Assembly (NCBI GenBank): GCA_040954595.2 | Contig: CM082579.2 | Coordinates: 7,491,625-7,555,624, forward strand | Length of the DNA: 64,000 bases | Direction of reading: 5' to 3' | DNA from: Balanoglossus misakiensis | Lineage: Eukaryota; Animalia; Hemichordata | Shown: positions 1-10,796 of the stretch, piece by piece | Layout of the letters: each line of letters starts with the position of its first letter | Position numbering within the stretch: the stretch's first letter is position 1 | The notes under the pieces: generated by a model | The model's database searches: none | The model's input: only the letters and a program-made list of their open reading frames with translations | Told to the model about the DNA's origin: nothing | Made by a program: the position numbers and the translations under genes

Positions 1-643
1 ATACAGCAAGTAATAATATGCAACCAAATTCTCTGCATGCCAACTATTGTAATTCAACAACATTGAAATGGACATGCTATATATAATATTAACTTCAAAT
101 GCAGAATATTTTTCCATCTAATTTTATACTTAATATTCACGTAAACCAGGTACTTCAATCTTTTGGGGAAAATGTATATTGAATTGGAAATGTTTCCTGG
201 ATTTTTTTAAAATTGCGAACTGCAGGGTAATGTGCAGGTTTGTCAATAAAAAAGGTCAATAACATTGGAAGAATTGTGCAGCTCCTTTCAATTCCTTTGT
301 ACCTGTGCTTTTGTGTATTCACGTTCCAATGAAAATTTAAAATGGTTAGTACATGAACATTTATAATGAAGGAATGAAAGCAATAGTAGATAATTTATTA
401 ATAACTAAAATATATTTTTTCATCATATGAGTATAAAGCTTCTTATATAATTAAATTTGAATCATAAATTTGAATTAAGAGACAGTGTAAATCATAAAAT
501 GGTGCTGCAAGGAAACGCCCATGTCTGCCGTTTCTATGTCAACACACTTTTCAGTTGCCATGATTAATTTATCAGGGAGAAAACTGATTTGCATTTCTCC
601 ATGGCAACAACAGGAGCTTGGGTAGTATTCATTGGGTTTGGCT

Positions 644-2116
644 CTATGGTTGCTCACGAGTTTTCATATCACTGGCAGTGAGATTCTCAGAGAGTATTTC
701 AGATTTTTCAACGGTGCAGGTTTTGCTGTCGCCTACAGAGACAGCCGTGTCAGGTGTTATCACTACAGTGGTCTTATCCATGTGAATATGTGGGATTTCC
801 TCAGCAGCAGCATCGCAGATTTTGGTGTCAGCTGCCGATAATCCATCAGGTGCTTGTCTCTTGGTGGTGTCATCTATGCCTGCGAGCGATGCTGCAGGGT
901 TGTTTCTCGACGGTTCGTTTTCTCTGCCACTGTTGACTGGGATGGGAGTGAACTTTGACATCACGTTTTCTTTTATCTTTCCATTAGCCGCAGTTTGGGT
1001 CCCGTTGTCCGTAGCTACTCCTCTCCTGGATCTGACATCGATGGCGCTGCATTTCCGTGGTGGTGTGTGCGGTGGGGTTGGCGGCATCGACCGAACAGCG
1101 ACTTGACCACCAGCAAGCGGCATTGCGTTCTTGTCGAACCACTTCAGTAGAGTGTCGTGCCGTGCCTGTACAACTTTCATCAGCGCCAGCGCATCTCCCT
1201 CTGCAGTGTGGGCAGCTGTGTGGGCATCGCCAACGTGCATTTGGTACAGCGCCTGCAGAGTCAGATCCCCCCTGGCTCTTTTGGGGCTGTGCATGTAGGG
1301 CTCTGACCCACACGCCTCATTCTGTACACTGATGAAGGCCTGCAACGTGTCCCCATGCAGGATATTCCCTAATTTTCCGTGCACGCTCAGGAGTTCATTC
1401 TTCAAAATCGGGAAATCAAACCTGCGCCCGTTATGGGCGACCAAACAGATGGGCGGACACTGCCGCTTCAGGAAGTGTCGGATGGCCACAACAGCGTCCA
1501 TGTTGAATGTCTGTTTTTCGTGCTGTTGCAGAAGGCCGTTATTCAGACCTGTTATTTCAGTGGCCCGTGGGTGAATAGCCTCCGTGGGGTCGATGCACAA
1601 GACTAGTTTGTCAACTACACGCGGTTCATCTGGTGACAAAAGTCCCTGTCGGTGAACAGCCAGCATGGCGATCTCGGTGATCCTTGGCAGTGGCTGGTTG
1701 TACCGAATCAATCCGGTCGTCTCCAAGTCAAAGAAAACAAATGTTTTTATAGCCGACGGACTGTCATCCGGAGCAAAATCCGGAACGACGTCTCCGGCTG
1801 CAAATGGCTGTCTCGGAACCGGATTCTCGTCTGGTAGTGCTGGACCCTTTTTGCTGTGGACATCTTGCGTGGGAGAACAAGGCTGTATTAACCCTGCCGT
1901 GGTTTCTGCAGTGATTTTATGGGCAAGCTGACCATCGGGCAACCTTGGCACCACAGGGCTGGTAGCATTTTCACTACCAGTATCTGCTTGCAGTTCAGGA
2001 ATATTCGGAAATACCACTTCTGCCAAGGATGCATCATCTAGCACCAAATCATACTCTATGGTTTGCGAGTCGTCGGTTGACTTGGATGACACCGATTCCC
2101 CTGGCTTTGCCTCCAT
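644..2116 (-). CDS. TREX1: Three-prime repair exonuclease (TREX1/TREX2-like DEDDh 3'-5' exonuclease), about 490 aa, single coding exon
   Basis: ExoI VFFDLETTGL, ExoII LVAHNGRRFDFPIL, ExoIII AHTAEGDALAL and the TREX-typical PRVVDKLVLC segment are present. First ATG (MEAKPG) is at 2116, just after a splice acceptor at 2124-2125. TREX1 versus TREX2 orthology is not resolvable; probably co-orthologous to both. Confidence 0.88.
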   Translation of the reverse strand: MEAKPGESVSSKSTDDSQTIEYDLVLDDASLAEVVFPNIPELQADTGSENATSPVVPRLPDGQLAHKITAETTAGLIQPCSPTQDVHSKKGPALPDENPVPRQPFAAGDVVPDFAPDDSPSAIKTFVFFDLETTGLIRYNQPLPRITEIAMLAVHRQGLLSPDEPRVVDKLVLCIDPTEAIHPRATEITGLNNGLLQQHEKQTFNMDAVVAIRHFLKRQCPPICLVAHNGRRFDFPILKNELLSVHGKLGNILHGDTLQAFISVQNEACGSEPYMHSPKRARGDLTLQALYQMHVGDAHTAAHTAEGDALALMKVVQARHDTLLKWFDKNAMPLAGGQVAVRSMPPTPPHTPPRKCSAIDVRSRRGVATDNGTQTAANGKIKENVMSKFTPIPVNSGRENEPSRNNPAASLAGIDDTTKRQAPDGLSAADTKICDAAAEEIPHIHMDKTTVVITPDTAVSVGDSKTCTVEKSEILSENLTASDMKTREQP

Positions 2117-4476
2117 TGCAAACCTACAATTTAAACAATTTAGAACGCTGTAAAACCAATATGTGAACACGCAATCAAAAAAAGAAGACCCATCCCATGC
2201 TGTTTAGAGTAACGAGGCGGAGAGCATACACAATAAAAAGTGAAAGTCAATATAATTTTCATTCTGCGACAAGGGGATTTTCCTACATTAGAAAAACACT
2301 GTCTTGAAATGAATTACAAAGTACATTTTAGTACAAAAAATCGAAGGAAAGACTTGAGAACATAATAAATTCACTTCTAGAATCAGCAGTATACACAGTA
2401 TTTTCTTTTCAAACTCAAGATATACTCACTACACTCTGTACTACCAGCAGTTTAATAGTAGCTCGAGGTTTTGCATTGGTTTGTGTGTTAGACTAGTACA
2501 GTTTGAGCTGCTGAACGTAGTAACACCACGTGGTATTAAAAGTGCTACCTCGTGTGCGTGTACCTGTACATGCCCTCAAACATGAAACATGTCCCTTGTA
2601 AAACGAAAGGCCAGTGTGAATTATGGTGAAGAGGGCGAACGTGCTAGTTGTTGTTGAAAGTGGTGCAGGTGCATACTCCGCCCGACTGAACTCAATTCTA
2701 ATAGTCATGAATGATAATTCCAGATGAAGAAAACTGAATAAAATATGTGCTTCACCTATTGTACGGCATGCGTGGCGTGGGTGTGTGGCCCAGCGCTTTG
2801 GCGTGTTTATGAAATGTACATGGAAAGTGTAATGTACACGATATGTCATGGCATGCAAGTGAGAGGATCAACCTACTTTGAATCTTTGAATCAAAATCCA
2901 CTAGTTAAAGCCAACTTCTGTTCAGCAGTATGTTCCTCAATTTTCAAACACTGCAGTGTGGAAATAAAGCAGAAAGTCGTTGTGAAAAATTAATATACAA
3001 ACACTTGAAACAGTCTAGTTAAATATTTGACTATCGATATCGCGTCTGCGGAAATGTCGATTACATGCCGGTGAGGGCGGCCTTTTTATAGCGTCGGAGT
3101 ACCAGTCACCCAGCCATGTCAGGGACCAGTCATTTTTAACTAACCGGGTGTCTGTTAATCCCAATGATGATCCCAGCGTGTGTTATCTTGGATAGATGAT
3201 GGTAGAACATTCCTACAATCACCAATAATATTGCTTGTAAAATACCTTGGGTGAGTTTCGACACTGTGTTTGGCCCTACGCGATCCGTACGATTAACGCG
3301 TTCACTCCACACATTGTAATGAAACTCGGGACAAATTTTGCTGAATAATTATTTGTTTAATTAAGCCCATAGACTTGGGGCAAGTCTACTTTAGCGTGTA
3401 TTTTACGTAGTCGGTATTTCTAAAAAAAAAAAGTGACTCGGCATACGATAGGAAGGGTGTACACGTGGATGTACCTCGTGCAAACTTTTGACCAAGGAAC
3501 TTTTGACTAAATTTCGACTTTTGAATATATCACGGGTTTATGTACTTCCACGTTACCTTTGGCGCATTATTTTGTAGACAAGTCGTCGGTTTTCACTTAG
3601 GTTAGCTAAATTTTGTTTACCACTTACTTGAAGAACATTTGTATATTTAGGGCTCAGACTGAATCGCTTTTCCCAGGAGTAGACATCCACCGGGAAATAG
3701 TCTAATGCATGTATATACTGGTTTGGGTATCTCGATTAGTTATCAATTCTTTACGGCCTTGACGTCACGTTTGACAATTAGGTTATAGCATAGTTTTGAT
3801 TCCGTTGGCATAACTTTATTTCACTACCAGGCTTATTGGTGAATCACTCTCAACGATAACCTCTACATTGTGCTGATAAGTTGGTGCATGGTGGTCGAGA
3901 TTGATCGTGTTGACAACTTGGTCGGAGTTTTGAATGCTTGGCTGCATTTGCTTGTAGCTATCACATCAATGAATTGGGTATAATTAATTTTCTTCGACAT
4001 TATGACATTTATTATATACAAAGTGAATTTTGGGGTTATTCCAGCGTCTTAACCGTACACTTACAAATTTTTGTCGCCAGAAAAAAACGACGGAATCTAA
4101 TGCACTACAGTACACGCGTAAAGTTTAAAATGCGATGTGGTTGTTTTTTAAGGTTTGAATAAATCTCTTTTTTACAGTTAGTACTGGAGCATGGTATGTT
4201 GTTGATCACAAGAGCACAGCAGAAATCTCATTTGTAGGTTACACATACATCGTGTAATATCGCGGGTGGACGCAAAATAGAGCGATCCAAGCGTGTCGCG
4301 TTCAGTAATACCATATTGTCACCAGATCGTCTTCAGGTCTTTCAAGGCAAGTTCATTCAAATTATTGCTTTGATACTTAATGGTGATCAAGTTTTAATTT
4401 CTGATATCAGGTACTTTATTACTTTATGAAAATAAAACTCGGGTTCTTTCATATTTTCAGGATGACGACCTCCATC

Positions 4477-5931
4477 TCAGAATTTGAAATAGTCGTCAGG
4501 TGGCGCAACGGCTGCCTTCCACCGTCGTCCAAGCAGCGCCGACGCTTTACTGTACAGCTCTTCCAGAAACTCTGTTCGGTTCTCTTCGGTTTCTCGGTCT
4601 TTCTTGTTGAGTTCCTGCTGCACCAGGGTGTATGTGCCATCGTCTCCTCTAGCGATGACCTCGTCGTCGTCGTAGAACTCCCGTGCGCACCTCTTCGTCG
4701 AGATGTGGGTGTCGATCACTTCAAAGTAGGCCAACCTCTTCCCCGCCACCTGGGCGATGGAAAGCACCGTGTCCGGGTGGATCGTTCCTCGGTGTATGAG
4801 GCAAGTCAGCTCGGTGCACTTGAGTGCAAGGCGGACCAGATCCTCGTCGATGTCAAAGCTGTCGGAGTAATCCCTGTAGGAGACCAGGCACTCCGCGTAG
4901 TGGGTGGCCAGTGATTCCACCGTGATCTGGGTCGCCCGCGAAAATGCCAAGAATATGACGGCGAGTAAGGGAATGGAAGGCTGCAAAATTGCCACTACGT
5001 CGCTGGGTCTGATCGCACTGGAGAAAGTGAAAACTACTTTCAAGTGTGGGTTGTTTGCCCGAACCGCTTTCCAAGTGGAATCCGGGATCAATGACTTCTC
5101 GAACTCACCAGGCCCGCGCTGGTAGGCGATGAGGACGTTCAGCTTGGCCAGTCGGTTAACTCGCGCCCTGGCGAACACTGACATGATTTCGTCCGTAAGA
5201 ATGGTCATTTGTACCGAGAACACTTTCAGGTGCTTGAACTTACCAAGGCACACTGAGACCTCGCCAGACTCGGGAATTTCCAGGATCCTGACTGCCCACG
5301 TTGTGCTGTTGGGCACCAGGTTCCAGTAGAGATTCAGCTCCTCGATGTTCAAGTTCTTTTCGTTCATCACCATGGTTGTGAGGATGGTGTATCCGTTGGG
5401 ATCCTTGTGTGGCCAGGACATCAAATGAAACTTCCTCAGTCGCTTCGTGTGCAGCATGACTGTGTGCACCGGTATGAGCCCCTGGAGGGTCGTAATTGGG
5501 CGAATGTCAAACCTGACCACTTTTATTATCTGATGGGCGCCATACACACCTATGCGCAAGGTGTCTATTTCGCTGCAGTTGTGAAACACGGCGCGCAGCA
5601 CTCCGAAATCGGCCGGCAGCAATTGCGTTCTGAGATATATGGCCGACAGCGTCAAAATGTGGAGGTATTTACCAAAGCGTTCGATCATCTTTTGCTGATG
5701 GTCAAGCGAGTAGACGTTAAACAAAACCGTTGCTTCCTCTTCGTCTTTGGCGGCTCGCAGGATCACCTCGGCTTCGTCCCAAATGCTGGGGTGGTTGAAG
5801 GCATCTTCCCAAGCGCGACAAACTTGCGCAGCCCTGCCCCGATCTGTCAGATTCAAAAGGCTGAACAGTTTCACGAGAACTGGTTCCGGCAAATTGGCAA
5901 AATCCACATCACTCTCCTCTGGCTGCTCCAT
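4477..5931 (-). CDS. F-box protein with degenerate LRR-like body (FBXL3/FBXL8/FBXO39-like), about 484 aa, single coding exon
   Basis: N-terminal F-box FANLPEPVLVKLFSLLNLTDRGRAAQVCRAWEDAFNHPSIW, followed by LRR-like segments (YLHILTL, IDTLRI, LRKFHL, IEELNL, LKVFSV, CTELTCL). Likely start is MEQPEE at 5931; an upstream acceptor lies near 6049. Confidence 0.85.
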   Translation of the reverse strand: MEQPEESDVDFANLPEPVLVKLFSLLNLTDRGRAAQVCRAWEDAFNHPSIWDEAEVILRAAKDEEEATVLFNVYSLDHQQKMIERFGKYLHILTLSAIYLRTQLLPADFGVLRAVFHNCSEIDTLRIGVYGAHQIIKVVRFDIRPITTLQGLIPVHTVMLHTKRLRKFHLMSWPHKDPNGYTILTTMVMNEKNLNIEELNLYWNLVPNSTTWAVRILEIPESGEVSVCLGKFKHLKVFSVQMTILTDEIMSVFARARVNRLAKLNVLIAYQRGPGEFEKSLIPDSTWKAVRANNPHLKVVFTFSSAIRPSDVVAILQPSIPLLAVIFLAFSRATQITVESLATHYAECLVSYRDYSDSFDIDEDLVRLALKCTELTCLIHRGTIHPDTVLSIAQVAGKRLAYFEVIDTHISTKRCAREFYDDDEVIARGDDGTYTLVQQELNKKDRETEENRTEFLEELYSKASALLGRRWKAAVAPPDDYFKF

Positions 5932-6050
5932 GATGATGACGGGTCGGAAATATTGGCCGCGAAATGTTGGTCGTTGAAAATTAACCAAACTGAGCAAACA
6001 CTTCCGTGTGTGTGCGCGAAAATGTGATCTCCAATGGGTATGCAATACCT

Positions 6051-6732
6051 ATTAGAATGTGAAGACTATCAATTGTGTCCCTATAAAATATTGTGATCTG
6101 GATCATAAATTATAATAAAAGTTGTGAAGAACATTCTGTGTTCCTGTTGCTCTAATCCTATCTTTATATTAGGCCTATCGCCTGTTAGCTAGTTTCTATA
6201 CCGCGATCAAACCAACTTTGCTTTCCAACGTACCGATGTCATGTATTTTTGTATGAATGTGATATCAGCTAATTCATGAGCTTTCAATACTTGATATGGT
6301 TTTATTTCACTGCTGACGATTGTAATTATAATAAAATAAAATACGTGTATAAATCCAAATAAATGCGTGACTCTTTCTTTTTTTTAATTTGCGGCCACGT
6401 AAGGTACTTATAATTATATATACCACATATTGTTTCTGGCAGGATATGCCTAACCACATCATACCATGCATATCGGCCAGGTATACCTCCCCGCACCCGG
6501 AGCGCCCCCCCCCCCCCCCCAATTAAATATCGACCCCTGCGACGACTATAATTTCCGACTTGAGATGTTCTTCACTGAAACATGTGGAATACTGTTCTTT
6601 TGGTGTATTATCAATTTGTATCACCCTTTTCAACTGCATCTATGCATCTCTAGCTCGGCAGAGCGTTGTGATGTCCTGGTATGACCTGACATAAAGGTCA
6701 AAGGTTAATCCAGGATCCTTCCAATTTCCAAA
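6051..6732. promoter_or_regulatory. Probable bidirectional promoter region between the F-box gene and the zinc-finger gene
   Basis: Divergent starts at 5931 (-) and 6733 (+), about 0.8 kb apart; C-run at 6506-6520. Inferred from gene arrangement only. Confidence 0.45.
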
Positions 6733-9700
6733 ATGGAGGCCGAAAATCACAAAGAGGACTCAGATTCCGATGAATTTTCTCGCCGTTGCATCTCTCTCCC
6801 TGCAAGAGGGCGAAAAAGGAAGTTCACCGATACAGAGAGGATAGAGCGAAAACGTTTGAGCGACAAGAAGAGAGCTGAACGTAGACTGAGAATATCAAAT
6901 GATGATATCGATCGATGGAATACTTTGAAAGCTCAGCTCGGTTTGCGAAATCACCCAGATATGGCGACATTTTTACTGAATTGGTAGGTATTTTTAATCA
7001 TAATCTCTTGCTTTTCCTATGTGCATTTTTAATTCTCCCAAAAAAGTGTTTGGCATTTTCTCTCATATACAATTGTCGTCTTCATAACAGGTTTGATTTG
7101 ACATCTCCCCACCCAGCACTTGCCAGCGATGTTCATCAGTTGCTAAACTCATCCTATCCAAGGCAAGCCGCTGTGTCAGAAACAGATACCAATATGAGGT
7201 AAAGTAACACAAAACTTGAACTTGAAGTGATCTAATAAATTTGATAGTGGAGCTCAGAAATACCTGGTCCAATCACTAATCCTGGGTTACAACATACTTT
7301 GTTTCTAATGGGTGAGGGGATGGAGGGGGGGGGGGCTACATGCCACATGCAGTGTTATAATCCAGGTAGCTAACAAATAACAATTCAGCATACACAACAC
7401 ACATTGTGCTTTTCCAGTGCAGTGCAGTACAGTACAGTACAGTACAGTACAGTACAGTACAGTACAGTACATACACATACCAGTACATGTATATAGATAA
7501 TTGGAAGCCTGCTTAAACCCTTATTGTAATTAATGCTTCACAGACTTTGTTATGTAATTTTTTAGTCAAGACCATTCTATAATCCAAAGTTTGACCATTT
7601 TTTACCAACCGCATATTGTTTGTCTTTCACAGTGTCCAGTACGATGAAGGAGGAGCCGCCAAGGAAGGTGTTGGAAGCTCAGGAGAGCCAACACCAGTTG
7701 CTGTCTTTCCACACATAGAGATCCTAAACCCTAAAACAACATACCACAGGATCCCACCAGAGGAACAAATAGAGGAAAGTGAATCGTCTGATGCATCTGA
7801 TGCGAGCGAATCACAGTCAGACGGAAGCGAGGACATCGATCCGAGAACTGGAGAACTTTGCAAGTCTGCAAAGCCCAGTCAGGATTCACCCACCGCAAAG
7901 GAAGATTGTCAAAGAGGTTTGTTGACAGAGGCAGGGTCTGCAAGACCACGCCAGGCAACGCGCAAGCAAGAAAAATCTTCCATACGAAGGAAAGGTCCTG
8001 CGGTGGAAAGTGACGATTCTGAGAGATGCGGGGAATGGGAGGAGTCGGCTTCTGCTGCGTCTCCTGCAATCGGACTCGATGGTGATGATGGATCAAGCGG
8101 CCGCGCCAGTCCCAAGACTGAAACATCAAGTGGGCCTCGCAGTCCTGAGTCACAAACCGGTCAAAGTAGCCACGGAGAGACTGAGACCAGCGATGGCAAA
8201 GCTGCTGCACCTGGTGAAGACGTAGGCAGCCATCCGGATGAGCCGGAAGCCGTGACTGCGTCCGGCAGGCCACGCAGGAAAGCGTCACTGGGAATAAACA
8301 GACTGTTGTTGCCTTGGTGGAAGAGGGGAGAGTTTGGGGGCACTGTCAGTTCTACGAATACTAGCAGGCGTACAAAGGCTTTGAAGAATTACAGAAAACC
8401 CCCTAAGAAACTCGCAGTGGAACATAACTATGCTTTTGGGAGCATGGAGGGCAGTGCTGTTGTTAGAAGGGAGAAGAATGTTGAGCAGATGAGGGAAGTG
8501 ACCTATGAAGACGTCTTTGACAGCAGCTCAGATGAAGATATCGATGATGAAGACGACAAGGACTTCCTCCCGGAAGAGGAAGAGAATAGTTGGAAAAGAA
8601 AGAAGGGCGGAGTGAAAGTTGACAGAGTGGAAGAAGATGATGTGTTTGACGGAGAAAGTGAGGCTGAGGAAAGCGATGAACACGAGAAAGAACAAGATGC
8701 GGATGCCTGTGGGGACGTGCTGACAGAAGAGGAAATTGCCAACCAGCTGCAAGCCTATGAGGACCACATCAAGCGTATGCCAAACGGACTAGATGCGTGC
8801 AGGTTGTGCAACTGCAAGTTCAAGACCCGTACGCGGAAGAATCTGCTGCGTCATTTCATGCTGCACGAAGAAGGTGAACTGAGTTGCCCCGACTGCAGCT
8901 TTGTGGCTGCGACGAAGAGTGGGCTCATCTCGCACAAATTGAGCCACGGACCCAAGGGCTTCACCTGCGGCCAGTGCGGCTATGCCACCTACACGAACAA
9001 GGCGCTGGAACTCCACAAGATACGATCGCACACTCCGGAGTCGGAAAAGAGCCTGGTCTGCACGTGGGAAGACTGCTCCAGGAGGTTCGCCCTGAAGTGC
9101 GACTACAAAAAGCATCTCAACACGCACAAGAACCCCGGCGGGTACGTGTGCCACGTGTGCGGCAAGGAGTTCTGCTCCATGAGGAGCCTCCACATCCACA
9201 TCAAGAACGTGCACGAGAAGGACTCGGAGGAGGCAAAAATCGTCTGCGAACTGTGCGGGAAGCAGTACGCCCCCTCCAGCCGGCACATCTTCAAGATGCA
9301 CATGCGGACGCACAACAACGAGAAGCCCTTCAAGTGCCAGTTCTGCGGGAAGGGCTTCGTGTCGGGTCAGCTGCTCAAGGACCACGAGAGAACGCACACC
9401 GGGGAGAAACCCTTCAAGTGCATGCACTGCGATTTCCGCGCCGCTAAGCGGGCGCAGGTCCACTCGCACGTCAAGACGCATACCGGCGTTAAGCCCTTCA
9501 AGTGCAAAATCTGCCAGTACGCCAGCACCTGGAATATTCAGTTGAAGACGCACATGAAAGCACACGGCTCGCCCACCGAAGTTTTCTGCCTGTTGTGTGA
9601 CGTGGCCTTCATCAACCAGAAGTCGCTGAACATCCACAACAAGAAACTCCACTATGGAAAGAACAATCAGTATTTTTCAGAAGGTGTTCCCATACTTTGA
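6733..9700 (+). CDS. C2H2 zinc-finger protein (10 fingers) with ZNF692/ZNF653/ZFP91-like N-terminal helical module; exons 6733-6983, 7091-7198, 7633-9700
   Basis: Three exons are joined by GT-AG introns in consistent phase 2 (TG|G=W, AG|T=S). There are ten C2H2 fingers, some with TGEKPF-type linkers. Exon 1 RKRLSDKKRAERRLRISNDDIDRWNTLKAQLGLRNHPDMATFLLNW resembles the ZNF692-type N-terminus. The middle region is acidic. Confidence 0.88.
7415..7470 (+). repeat. (CAGTR)n pentanucleotide microsatellite, intronic
   Basis: cagtg cagtg followed by repeated cagta, about 11 units in total. Confidence 0.9.
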
Positions 9701-10621
9701 ACTTATGTATGATGTATCTTGCAGGACAGCATTGTGCAAGAGGAAGCTTCTCTGCATCACATGTCAAAGAAAATGCAATCCCAGCAGTAAGCATTATACC
9801 ATTTTTGCACAACTTGACTTTTGGGTGTTAAGTGTGCTGCTTCATATTCAGTGTAAAATAACCACTATTAAAAATTGTGTTTTATTTATTTTTTATTTTA
9901 AAAAAAACAAGGTCAGTTTAAACAGTTCTGATCTACAATCACTTTACTGTTGTGCCAACCAAGGTTATACCTGAATGTGTATACAAAGTGCTCAAACTGA
10001 GTCAATATTACTTCATTCATGAGTTACATGAGCATATTTGTCTAGTGCATTTTGAACTGGTAATGTAAAAGTAAACTCAGTAAGCACATTTCAGTTCCTG
10101 AGTTTAGATTTTATTATTTATGAAAATCTAATTGCAGAGCGATGTATAACTGGAAAAAGAAATATATGGTTGTATACATGTTTACTGTACTGAATCATCG
10201 TTAAATGGAGTTCTTGTATTTGTTTTTTTACTGTTAGTTATTTTAAGAGAACAAGTTCAGATGTAATGTGTACATGTTAGACCAACTTCAAGAATAAAGT
10301 GGTGCACACATGGATATCGTAATAGACAATTATTTTGTCACTTGAGGGCGTTCTCCATGACTATACCCTGTTTAAAAAGTCGGGAGTATGTTGATGCCAT
10401 TCATGGAAGCCCTGCACTAATGATGTTTCAGATCCAAATCACTTTGGCTACTTAAAAGTGTGTTATTATAAATAAATGTATGGTTTGGAATGGGGATGTA
10501 TTAAAGCAGTTTAAAAAGGTATGGGAGGGGACTAAGACTACATTGTGATAGTTTCGCGAGCTGCGCACCCCTCCTTACTTCATGAATGCAGCTGCCCTGA
10601 TTTTAGCGGCGTCTCCAACGC

Positions 10622-10629
10622 TGACGTCA
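10622..10629. promoter_or_regulatory. CRE/ATF palindrome in the SCLT1 proximal promoter
   Basis: TGACGTCA about 170 bp upstream of the SCLT1 ATG, in a CpG-containing patch. Confidence 0.4.
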
Positions 10630-10796
10630 CATAGCGTCGGTTACCACGTAGCCTCGTTTTCGATTTAAAAACAACATGGCTGACATAGTTTTGCACTGAC
10701 GTTCGATCACCAATTTTTTCTGTAAAACTACCCATTTCGCAACGATTTTGCACAAGATATTTGCCCCCAGTGTTTGGACATAAGGTCATATACGTC

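Noticed and set aside
644-5931. TREX and neighbouring F-box gene as a functional degradation module
   Set aside because: The TPPxT degron is read by WD40-type FBXW7, not by an LRR-type F-box; adjacency alone is not evidence.
4426-6027. Plus-strand ORFs of 162 and 206 aa over the F-box gene
   Set aside because: Antisense shadows with no domain or splice support.
8789-9652. 287-aa antisense ORF and 187-aa alternative-frame ORF over the zinc fingers
   Set aside because: By-product of high GC3 codon usage in the real CDS; no recognisable domain.
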